Shown here in pieces: positions 1-19,370 of a stretch of DNA of 64,000 nt. A program made the position numbers and the translations under genes. Position 1 is the first letter of the stretch, and each line of letters starts with the position of its first letter. Source of the DNA: Ostrea edulis (taxonomy: Eukaryota); the NCBI RefSeq assembly GCF_947568905.1, contig NC_079167.1:66402001-66466000 (forward strand), read 5' to 3'. The notes under the pieces are model-generated. The model saw nothing but the letters and a program-made list of their open reading frames with translations. It had not been told where the DNA came from and ran no database searches.

Positions 1-977
1 TGATATTCCAATTGTAAAGCTACATCCCTCATCTGGCCCTCGAGGTCATCATTTTAATTTCAAAGTACATCATAAGCCAAGAGGATACTTGCAATTGTAT
101 TTTGTTTCTGCAAAATTGTAGATGATGTTCCTTAACATTAATTTCGGTGTAAAAATTAGACCCACTATAGTTCTCGTCTAGGTTAGTGGTTTCTTCAAGA
201 AATCAGGTCAATCTTATCAAAATAACAACCTTTGATCTCCTCGTGTACTTCACTATGATCTATTTATTATTAGGGGTCATGTCAGCAAGTGAAATCACTT
301 GTGGAAATCTTTGCACTTTTTTTTTTGGTGTTGGAAATTCCAAGCTCCCCCCCCCCCCCCCCCCCCCCCCCAATCATTTATAACACTGCAAGGCATGGCT
401 AAAAACTGGAAGTTAATGCTATATATGGAGAGTAAAGACCCAATTTCTCTTTACAAGCAGAGTTTAGGAACAATGTGTTACGACAAGTGTGATAATGAAA
501 GAGATTTCCTGATTGAATGTAGATATGCTATATGCACGTTTGGCTCCCGGGAAACAAACCTGAAGGTTAGCTACTACACAAGTTGATACTTAAATATTAC
601 GTCAATAGGAAAAGAACTTTCACCTACACCACTCCAAATGTTGCGTATTTAATTTGTGCTATTCTGCAACATTTTATTAACAGGCAAATAAAAATCCCAT
701 TAATCCAAACATATCCATGCTAAAACAAAAAGTAAACGAAGACTTTAAACTCTCTAATTTCTTGCTTCACCGTGCTGCAATTGGCTAAATCAGCATGTTG
801 GTTATTCATTATCTAAGATCACCAGGACATAACCCCCATTGCAATGTTGTGAGACGTTAGTGTACTATGTATGCGAGCCAATCAAACATTTTAATTTCAA
901 TTAGACTGAACTCTGGGGGAGCTTAAACTCGATTCCACGAGTTGGAATTCTATGATGTCACATAAAACTGGACTTAC

Positions 978-1585
978 TTGGGGTCCTGGTTCTCCGCGTC
1001 TTCTGATGGGTTCCATTCCTTTGTTTCCGTTTCCACATTATCCTTCATTTCCTCCCTAGAAAAACAAAAGGACAAATATACAACAAAATAAAAAATTTCT
1101 CTTGACCCTTAGTGATCCACTGATCCTTCTGCGATCTACACTCCCCTCATTCAGAGGTTCATACCTGCTTTTGAACTCGCAATATGTGGAAATGGTGAAG
1201 CATGCCTGCCTCTATCATTCACCAATTGTTATCAACATATATGCTGGCATTTCAGACAACCTTATTGTATCGAGTTGGCATGGAAAATAAATTCCAAGGT
1301 CTTGCATTTCCCTTCCAACTTTTAATAGTCAACATACAAATAGGCCCCCATCAACCTACTTATTGTAAGTTTATCATATACAACTTCCATGAAATTCCAT
1401 CTTAACAACTTTGCATGTATGAACAAAGGCAAGTTGGTGGGGAGGAATAATTTCCTACTTTTACATAGTGGGCGTGAAAGTTTCTTCACCTCAGACATAA
1501 TTGTGACTCGGTGCCCATTCATTAATTAATGACTGTTCAACTTTACACAGGATTTTCATCAAGAGTAAAAATTTTATAGTAAAGG

Positions 1586-1619
<34 letters not shown>

Positions 1620-4600
1620 TGGCCCATATCTGAAGACTTTCCATGTATAGTTGCATATAAAACCTTATTGTGGCCCCAACCTGCCCCTGGAGGCCATGAT
1701 TTTAACAAACTTGAATCTGCACTATGTCAAAAAGCTTTCATGTAAATGTCAACTTCTTTGGGCCAATGGTTCTTGAGAAGATTTTTAAAGATTTCCCCTA
1801 TATATTTGTATGTAAAACTTTCATCCCCTATTGTGACCCCAACCTAACCCCGGGGCCATACTTTGAACAAACTTGAATCTGCACTACGTCAGGAAACTTG
1901 CAAGTAAATCTCAGCTCTTCTAGCTCATTGGTTCTTGAGAAGATTTTTCCTATATTTTTCTATGTAAAACTTTGATCCCCTATTGTAGCCCCTACCTAAC
2001 CTCGGGGGACATGATTTGAACAAACTTGAATCAGCACAGTGTCAAAGCTTTCATGTAATCTCAGCTCTTCTGGCCCAGTGGTTCTTGAGAAAAAGATTTT
2101 TAAATGACCCCACCCTATTTTTGCATTTATCTCCCCTTTGAAAGGGACATGGCCCTTCATTTGAACAAACTTGAAAGCCCTTCTCCTAAGGATGCTTTTG
2201 ACCAAGTTGGTTGAAATTGGACCAGAGGTTCTGGAGAAGAAGTCAAAAATGTAAAAAGTTTACAGACGGAGAGATGACAGGCGATCAGAAAAAGCTCAGG
2301 TGAGCTAAAAAAGTTGTGCTGTATCACGATTAATTGAATGAAATACTGATGTTGTCGTTCGGGAGTAAGCCATTCTTACAAACACTTCACAAAGCAGGGT
2401 TCGACACAAACGTTAGTCTCAGACTAATAAATTTTAATTCGGACTAATAAAAATTTCTGCTTGACAACTTGTTCAAATTTTTGATGTACGATTGTCGACA
2501 ATTTACTGGAAAACCCCAATGTATTTCTAGCTATCTAGCATGGCGGGTAGTCACGCAATTCCTAGTCAAGTCAACGCTTACTTGGAGTAATTGATTTAAA
2601 ACATGATTAGTTTGACACATGCCACAATGTAGTAACTAGTCTCGTATAACCAGACGCTCTGCGTTCTCCGTAAATCTGACGAAGATTTGCAGAGACAACT
2701 GAGTGTCTGGTTGAACGAGTCCATGAAGCTACAGAAGCTGTTGGACTTTTTCAAAGCAGATACCAAGAGTATTAAAAAAGCGAAAGGTAGACACAAGTAT
2801 TGAGAAGAAAGAACATGATCGGGAGTATGATCGGACTCGCCAATCAGATTTCCAGGAATCTTCCAAGGACGAAAAATCGAGACTGGTTATGTTATAAGTG
2901 CATTGTATTAATTATAAATTACATGTATTTTTGTTTTTATGACGGACTAATAAAATTTCCCGCAGACTAGTAAAGGAATAATGCCTAAAAAGTAAAGTGT
3001 CGAACCCTGCAAAGACTATTTCCGGTTTTGTTTTTGGTTATCCTGATTTTCTTTTCAGCAAAATGAAAGTAGCGTCTGTATCATTAAGAAATAACAGGTT
3101 ATTTCGCAAAGAAACCCACTCTACATAGCATTCATTGGGAGTTGAATCTTGTGCAAATTTATGATAACCTTTCTACATATTATGTTGAACTTTTAAATAT
3201 TGAAAATACTAACACTGTTAGTTTGTTACATCATACAAGAACAAAAGTGAACCATTGGTCATACGACTTTTATAAACAAGTAGTCAGACTCTGAAGCACT
3301 GATATTTCCCCCCCAGCATTTTGAAGATATTGATTATAACATTTGTAAAGTCACTAGGCTTGTGGGGATACCAGCTAGATAGAGGGAATTAAGAACTTGT
3401 TATGCTTAACAAGTTCTGTCCCATCGTCTGAAACCTTGGGTGCCAAATCATGAGTTTTCATCTATATACACCTTTGATAGTGGCACACAACAAAACATGC
3501 ACACTTTCATGGGCGCCACCATTACTGCTGACAGAGTTCTGGGAATAATTACGGCGATTCCCATTGGTCCTCGACTGGTCATGCATTTTAACGAGTTATG
3601 CGAAAATATCGTCATTGTGTCCCACAGGAGGTAAACTGCCCAAGCTCTCATCTTTTCGATCGCATACATGTAAATTGACACATTTTGCCGACACTTTACA
3701 AATGACTTTAATGCCAAGTGCCCAAAACAAAGAAATGCTCACATGAACTTCTAATCTTCAAAATTTTCCAAAGGCATGGGTTGGGGGAGAAATGCCTTAG
3801 ACCCAAGCAGCAACATGTACCCGAAAATAAACCGCAAGTCAGCAAGTCATGTTGTTCAATTCCATTTTTTAAAATTTCAGTTCAGGTCCAGTTTTTATGA
3901 TGGAATCATTATCACCATTTCAGCGATATTTCATCCTAGTGATGAATTAAGTTTCATCGATCTTGGTGTACCAAATGCATGATGGTCAGGTGGCTGCGTT
4001 TTTCTTACCACACTAAGATCACTACATGTCTCAGTTTTGAGGTATTCAAATTTCGGAAGTCTGATCAGTTTGTACCTACACAAACCTGACACTTTCCTTG
4101 TCAATCGAGTACATCAGTTATCTCCATTTAGGCATTGGTTTAGTTAGGCATTAACCACGAAAAATTGCTTTAGTTATAAGAAATGTAAAATATTTGATAT
4201 AGAAGAACTCGAAACAATATTTCAAAAGAAATCAATTTTCTATAGAACAAATTGACATGCACAATACATAAGTCATTCAGTGATTTTTCAACATTTTGGT
4301 CAAATTGGGAAAAACCAAAATCATTGTAAATAAGCTATCATTTCAAACAAGTAATCAAACAGAAATTGATTTCATTCTTCCCTTATTTTACATCCTTATC
4401 TGTTTTTTGTTTAAAGGGAAAGGCAACCCTAACCACATTGCTGCTTTCAGGAATGAAGTATCACTTACTGATATAGTAAATGAGTCTTTATCAACAACAA
4501 TCCTTGCTTAACGTTTAAATCAATATTGATCCATAATATATTTTAAATTACCCGCCACCAAGAGTGCGGATTTTTTAAAATTTATGACGTCACAACGTCG

Positions 4601-7521
4601 GTTCCTGTTTATTTCATCAGCAGCACTGTAAAAATGACAAGTCATGACCAGTTAAGTATAGGTCATATAAATTTGAGCCGGTTCTTTTGCAAGACGAAAT
4701 TAAGAAAAGACGTTCAGTTAAGTTGCAAACCAGGCAGACGGTACACATTTCTTCAAAAAAAGGGTCTCGAATCTCAACTTGTCATTGCGCAAATGATGGA
4801 TCCACAGTTTACATAGTCTTTTCTTTTCAGACGACTTGGTGGGATCAGGATTGGGGGGGGGGGGGGGGAAGAAAGAACGAATTTTTTTTTTTTCACCTCT
4901 TCACATTGGTGTAATTAAATGCTTGACAAGAAGGCATTAACCTATTTATTTGTAAAATCTACCACATGAACATCTTCGAATCTCATCAAAACTGGAACGG
5001 TGCGACATCAAAATTGATTTTTGTGGTCTTGATTACAAAAAAGTTCCACATCATAGCAGCCTCTATAGATAGTGGGAATTTCAACGTTTTTAAATTTGTG
5101 TTGAAGCTTATTTAAGTCATATATAAACTTTTCATCATATAATTAATCCTATCATTTATCCTTTAAAAATGTTTTGGGTTGCTTTCCCCTTTTATTCTGA
5201 CCTAAAATGGGTCTGAAAAATCACTCTATTATAATGTGTTCTTGCAATTTACCAATTTGAAAAATTTCACTTACTCAAATTCCATAGTTCAAAATACATT
5301 TCATTATTTGATAAAAATCTTGAAATCTCAGATACCAGAAATATATTTCAAGAACTGTATAAAACTAAACAAGAGGCCCACAGACCTTATCAGTCACCTG
5401 AGTACTAGTGAAAAAGTATCACTACTCCCAAGGGCTATGAAATCTAGAAAAATTTTTTTCCTCTTCTGAATATTTAAGCTAAATTCTAAGGAATAGCAGA
5501 AAAGGATGTACAAAAAAATGGTAATTTTACACATCTTGTTTTATATTGTTGCTGAACATATGTATGCATTTAGATTTTATACAGTATCAGCAAACTTACA
5601 GATAGATACTGTATACTAAATTTGGCCCCAACCTGGGGTCAGAACCCCTACCCCGGGGATCATCAAATTTACAATTTTGATAAAGGACTACCTGCTCTTT
5701 CTAAATATCCATTTAGTTTCAATAACACTAAAGAAGATGTTATTTAAGTGTTTTACACATAACACTATATATATAGGAAGTTTGGCCCCGCCCTGAGGTC
5801 AAAATCCCTACCCCAAGGATCATGAAATTCACAATTTTGGTGGAGGCTTTCCTGCTCTACATCACTTGGCATTTAGTTTTTCTTACACGTGCGGTTGTAC
5901 AAAAGAAGATTTTTGAAAGTTTTTGCCCCACCCCCAAGGGTGCAGGAATCCTGAAATTTACAATTTATGTCCCCCTTGTCCCACAGATGCTTCATACCAA
6001 ATTTGAAAAGAATTGGAATGATAGTTATCAAGAAGTTAAAGATGTCTAATGTTCACACACTTAATAACTGAACATTTTAGTCCCACCCTCATACCAAAAC
6101 CCTACCCCTGGAATAATCAAATTCTGTTCTTTCTAAATATCCATTTAGTTTCAATCTAGTATCAATAACATTAAAGAAGATGTAATTTAAGTGTTTTACA
6201 CATAAACACTATATAACAAGATTTGCCCCGCCCTGGGGTCAGAACCCCTACCCCGGGGATCATGAAATTTACAATTTTGGTTTGGTTCTTGAAATTTTTT
6301 GAAAAATGGTCAATTTTGGGCAGTTTTTGCCCTACCCCTAGGGCCCCAGTGGTGCTGGAGTCCTGAAATTTACGTCCCCCTTGTCCCAATGATGCTTCAT
6401 ACCAAATTTGAAAAGAATTGGACTGGTAGTTATAAAGAAGAAGTTAAAAATGTTCAATTGTTAATGCACGACGGACGAAAACCAATTGCAATAGGTCACC
6501 TGAGTTTACTCGGGTGACCTAAAAAGGTGAAGGTAAATAACAGTGATCAATCTCAGAACTCCTATAAGGAATACACTATAGGGAGTTGGGTAAACATGGA
6601 CCTGTATGTGATTAGTGTAACAAAAACGGTGGCACTACAAGCCAGTCACATGCGGAGATACCACTGCAATTTTATCATCAATTCAGGGCTCGAAAAACTC
6701 GCAAAATGCGAGTATATTTGAAAAATAGCGAGTAAAAATAGTGGACACTTGAAAATCTTAGCAAGTGGTGATTTACAAACTATGATTGTATTCGTTTTAT
6801 ACGGTTATGTGCTATTTGCTTTTCTTAAATTTGCACTCTGAATCATACAAACGTTTACATGAATGATCGATTTCAACAACCGTTTCTATCCAGACTTTTC
6901 AAAGAAACTCGGAGTCAAACAAATGTTTAGAGGTCGGACATCACATGATGATGAAAAATATAGACATGTGTCATGAGTCCTGTTCACCTACAGTGGTGTT
7001 TAAATCGAATTCCAAGTATGAGGTTTTTGTTATTCATTTATCTAAAAAAAAAAAAAAAATTCAGAGTCTATGTCTTATCTAAATTAATTTAATGTCATAT
7101 TGAGGTCGGGTTGTAGTGATGACGAGTGCATTGCTCACTGTGTAGACGATAATCGAAAAAAATTCATGGGGCTTGTGATCGTGCTGCTTATAAAACCACG
7201 CGTTCGGGATTCGTTTTGAAAAATCATTTGTGACAACCCTGATGTGGCATGAAATTGAAAGACTGGATCTAGACCTGCAGTAAACAGGTTGTGGATTAAA
7301 GGTGCGATAATCAAGAGACCTAAACATTGCACCATATGACTTGTGTAACTTACTGTCCTAGCTGTCCGAACGATGCCTGTAGACACACTAGTCTCAGTAA
7401 TGATGGACAAAATAAAAAAAAAACACCTTAAAATTAGCCTGTGGTAGAAAAAGTTGATTTCGACCCCTGTCAACTAGAGTCAACATAAACGGGATAGTGT
7501 CAGGTTGTATCGACTTCTACT

Positions 7522-7560
<39 letters not shown>

Positions 7561-10500
7561 TCAAAAATGTAAAAAGTTTACAGACAGACGGACAACAGGC
7601 GATCAGAATAGCTCACTTCAGCTTTCAGCTCAGGTGAGCTAAAAATCTAGTCAGTAATGTGCCGATTTAAAAAAACATGCATGGGTAATCAAAATGAGTG
7701 ATGGCAGTTAGAGGTGGGACAATACACACACACCAATATTTCTCTCCCATAAATGCAGTAATATACATGTAGCTACAAAACGATACAGAACCAGGTCCTA
7801 TCAAGAAATTGAGTTAGGAAAATTAAGTAAATGCGATTCGATTTTTATTAAACCATACTCTTTCCATTTATTAATTTAATAAGACATATAATCATTTTGT
7901 TCTATATTTTCATTCATCATAACAAGATACCTACAGGTATTGTTTCATCTTGATGTACCAAGATGTCTTGTATCACAAGGTCTGTCTATCATCCCACCCC
8001 TTAATGCCAGTACCTATTAAACTCACAGAGATATACAGTACTTTTGATAAAACTTCACAAATTTTGGTTTAGGTCATCACACATACATTTTATGTTTTTT
8101 TTTTGTTAGTCTAAGGATAAACCCCACACCATGAACCAGTTTCTGACTTACTGTATGTCGTCTTTGAATGATCCCCAGTTATGAGAACCACTGCCTTCTC
8201 TCTTCTCTGTGGGCTTCACACCACTGCTACAGCAAAACCAAAACAGTGAATTTATTTACAAAACCACTGAACTTTCTGCCACCATGGAATGGCATAGACT
8301 GCCATCATCAATAGCATGATGTTGTTTTTCTGGTTTGTATAGTATTGTGCATGAAATTTATAGAATAAACTAATTGTAACCCTTACGTTTTGTCACTGCC
8401 ACTGTGACGCTCAAAGTCCCGTTTACCACCCCTGTCGAATCCACCTCGACCTCTGCCTCCCCTGGCGCCTCGGCCCTCACCCCGTCCGCGCCCTCGGTTA
8501 CCAAACCGTCCACGAGCACTTTCTGGTCTGTTGAAATTACCACCACTGCCTTCTGTTCTCTCTCTACAGCGAGTATGCACATTTCTTTATTCAGTAATAC
8601 AACATTCACACGTACAATACAAGTAAATATTCAACAAAAAATCAAGTGTTTAACTTTCCGATTTGGATAAATTACTTGATGTATCCATCTACTAGATTTA
8701 ATGCTTAAAGATCGATTTTGTCATCAAATTCAATTCAATAAAAATTGCCCAACCTTATATATTTTTGTAATAACACCAGTATTAATCTAATGAGTCAACC
8801 ATTTTAAAACTTTAAATTTAAGGTGAAGATCCACAGCAAAAGTAGTAATATTGTCCAATCATTTCCACCTTTCGAACTTGAGTCATTCAGTGCTGAACAA
8901 CCACAACATGGTTGACTTGTTTAAACTCGGAGGCTAATAGCTGTTGAAAACGAATCTGATCTGTTGAAACGGACAATCAACATTCATTCAAATATTGTGA
9001 GGGTGACCACAACTAGCTATATTTTAAATTGGTAATTCCAAGTTGGACTGCAACAGATAAAATCTAACGTAATGAAGGAAAATTGCATAGAGAAAATGGT
9101 GAAGGGTTAACGACGGTGACCTAATTCTCAGAAGTTGGGACCTATTTTTTCAAAGTTTCTGTGAAGTCCGGTAAACATTTTTGTATTACTAAACAGAACA
9201 ATATTCTGGCTTTCAACTGGGAAAACTTTTAATGCATCATCACGATTAATACCCAAGTTTTGAGACTTTGAAGCAAGCAACCGAGAATTTGTGGCTGCTT
9301 TGTTGTCTCCCTTCTCACTATTATACTATATATACCAGTTTGCTCAGATTGTGTCAAAACCCTGTGGGAATCAATAAAACCAAGACACTAAATTTGAGTT
9401 TTAAATTTATTTGTCTAAAAATTAACTAGAAATGCACTTTTGCATAAATGAATTTTGTAAATTTTTCAAGGAACCCCCAATCCTTGTAGGAGGGGTCAAG
9501 CCTCCTCCTGCATCATCACTTGACAAATCAGTCATCTACCTTAGGTAGCTGGACTAGTTCAATCGGAACTCCTCGAATGTCTCGCGCACTCGACATAGAT
9601 CTCGGATGTAATACGATGGCATCCATGAGCGAATTTGATGCATTGCTGTGACGTCACAATTGACAATGCATCAAATTCGCTCATGGATGCCATCGTATTA
9701 CATCCGAGATCTATGTCGAGTGCGCGAGACATTCGAGGAGTTCCGATTGTGGACTAGTTACCTATCAGCAAGACTTGTAAATTATAGAATCTACTTGTCC
9801 GTTTACTTAAAACTTCATGAAAAAAACACTCCCTTTAGTGTTAAAGCAGATCAGTAAAATTATTCTTGTGCTCTTATCAAATGTTGCTACATGCTAATTC
9901 TTTTTGCAAAATTGGATGATAATTGCAAGCATAGCGTCTTTATGTAAGAATACCTGAACTCATTTTGAGCATTTTCATCACGCCTCCTTGGAGGCCTGGA
10001 GTCATTGTCGTCCTTGATCTCCCTTGGTTCCCGGTTCTGTCGAGCACTGCGAGGGGGACGGGACTGTGTATTGGGTTTGTCTGCAATCACACACAAGTCA
10101 ATTGTACTGAGAAAGTTATTCGTGCACTTTGGGACTATTCAGTCAAACAGTACCGTGCCTTAGCAGTTTAAAATCAAAACGAACTATTTCCTGACTAGGC
10201 TATACATAGAACGACACCATGTATACAATAGGCATGTCAAGACTCACCCACGTGGTGTTGGGTCAACCACTGGAAACTCGGAATATCAAACGAATGTCAA
10301 TTTTTTTTCCAAACCTAATGCAAATCTGCAAACAGTGCATTTTTATTCAGATCTCTTGTAAACTACTATGTCTTCTCAAACACAATTTCATTCAATCATG
10401 CATGTTTACTTCACCTAATGCTCTTCTCCAGTCACCATGTGACATTGCAGTGCACGTGTTTTCATTTGGAGCAATGTGCAAAACATACAAGTGTTCAAAA

Positions 10501-10744
10501 CATCTAAAAACTCATTACCTTCCTTCTTTTGGATCGGCTGTTCTATGGATTTATTATCGGACTGTGAGGCAGTTTGCTTCTTCGCCTTCTTATCCTTCCC
10601 TTGTTTTCCCTTGTCCTTTTCTTTTGCGAGTTCCTGTTTCTTCTTCAACTCCTCCTGCTCTTTCAGGAACTCTATGGGATCAGTAACATCATCCCCGAAA
10701 AGGTCAAATTTATTAGTAACTGCTATGCCGTATTGTGAGTCCAT
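978..10744 (-). CDS. SERBP1: SERBP1/HABP4 family RNA/ribosome-binding protein (PAI-1 mRNA-binding protein, vig/Stm1-like); 3' part lies outside the window
   Basis: Exons 10744-10519 (MDSQYGIAVTNKFDLFGDD...), 10080-9954, 8563-8387 (RGG box, GKRDFERHSGSDK), 8226-8152 (GVKPTEKREGSGSHNWG) and 1055-978. All junctions are GT-AG and phases match (1,2,2,2,2). Family signatures recognised from memory: YG-x-V-x-N-x-F N-terminus, KREFxRHSGSD, and KRxGxGxHNWG. Confidence 0.93.
1587..2308 (-). mobile_element. Helentron-associated non-autonomous element (HINE) with ~3 Cg170-like monomers
   Basis: Ends aaacaagaggcccatgggcc...ctcacct and gctcaggtgagctaaaa. The interior is the reverse complement of the ~166-bp array at 33661-34800. 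Confidence 0.85.
2395..3009. mobile_element. Non-autonomous DNA transposon with 13-bp TIRs
   Basis: CAGGGTTCGACAC...GTGTCGAACCCTG, CAAAG on both flanks (5-bp TSD), and repeated subterminal GACTAATAAA motifs. Confidence 0.8.
5367..6523 (-). mobile_element. HINE, second family (different ~160-bp internal repeat)
   Basis: Starts aaacaagaggccca...gtcacctgag and ends in the hairpin ggtcacctgagtttactcgggtgacc. Recurrent cagaacccctaccccggggatca and catgaaattcacaatttt units. An inverse relative lies at 16063-17717. Confidence 0.8.
6684..7469. mobile_element. Non-autonomous DNA transposon, CAGGG-type short TIRs (hAT-like termini)
   Basis: CAGGGCTCGAAA...TTTCGACCCCTG. Flanks tcaatt/tcaact are an imperfect match, so the TSD is uncertain. 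Confidence 0.55.
7523..7644 (-). mobile_element. Truncated HINE end fragment
   Basis: Near-identical to 2205-2308, ending gctcaggtgagctaaaa. Confidence 0.8.
9543..9762. mobile_element. MITE-like foldback hairpin in SERBP1 intron 2
   Basis: Perfect 86-bp inverted repeat 9560-9645 / 9664-9749 with an 18-nt loop. Outer ends taggta...taccta are compatible with a TA target site. Confidence 0.75.
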
Positions 10745-11299
10745 TGTTCCTCTCTTTTTGGAGGATGTCAATGGATTTTACGGCCTTCCAAATTTTCAGA
10801 CAGTCAATATGGCGTGTTTCTTGCTGGGCAACCGAGCATGCTCGGGAATTTCGCGAAACACTCGGAAACATACAGGAAGGTAATGTAAAATCTAGAAAAT
10901 CCCGATGGTAACAAGGTCACAGTGGATTCGTCAACAATCCAAATATAGCTTTATTTGGCGCGATTTCTCACTCAGGTAAAAAGGCTTTAAAGTTTTGCCG
11001 TAATGTTAATTAATAGATGTACAACGTGAATCGACGATAAAGTGAACTGTCTTACGTAAAAAGCTTTCAGTAATTAAAATTCTACCAAGGGGTCTAATAA
11101 TAAGCAGAGGAAAGAGATCACCCCTATGTTATATTTATAGCACCAGGTAACCGATTGGTCGGATTACCTGTGTAGGAACGTTAACGGGTTTATGCATGAC
11201 AGTGTAGTTAAATACCACTCAGACACCTACCAGGACTGTTTCGAGTAGATTATAGTTTACATTTGTATGATTTCTTAGGATAGTGAAAAGCGCAGAACG
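10745..11299. promoter_or_regulatory. Compact bidirectional promoter / 5'UTR region shared by SERBP1 and ZNF367
   Basis: Divergent ATGs at 10744(-) and 11300(+). CpG-richer than the flanks. E2F-like TTTGGCGC at 10954-10961, palindromic TTTCGCGAAA at 10849-10858, reverse CCAAT (ATTGG) at 11154-11158, YY1-like CAATATGGCG at 10805-10814. Motif function is inferred. Confidence 0.7.

Positions 11300-19370
<8,071 letters not shown>

Noticed and set aside
186-586. Proline-rich ORFs (also 53159-53524, 49564-49779 and 40707-40964)
   Set aside because: Poly-Pro/Gly comes from homopolymer C/G tracts, whose lengths may also be sequencing-error prone.
3300-4100. Coding-like stretch in SERBP1 intron 4 (nested gene or transposase?)
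   Set aside because: Only short overlapping ORFs with no motif I can recognise in any frame. A tBLASTx/HMM search would be needed.
9128-9242. Box C/D snoRNA in SERBP1 intron 2 (GTGATGA...CTGA on the minus strand)
   Set aside because: No canonical terminal stem and no convincing C'/D' boxes. There is only a ~9-nt recalled complementarity to 28S rRNA (GTTGGGACC), which is within chance.
10219-10883. Antisense ORFs 10219-10686 and 10476-10883 (similarly 8404-8670, 11275-11481 and 18945-19310)
   Set aside because: These are shadows of real exons on the opposite strand, with no recognisable domains.
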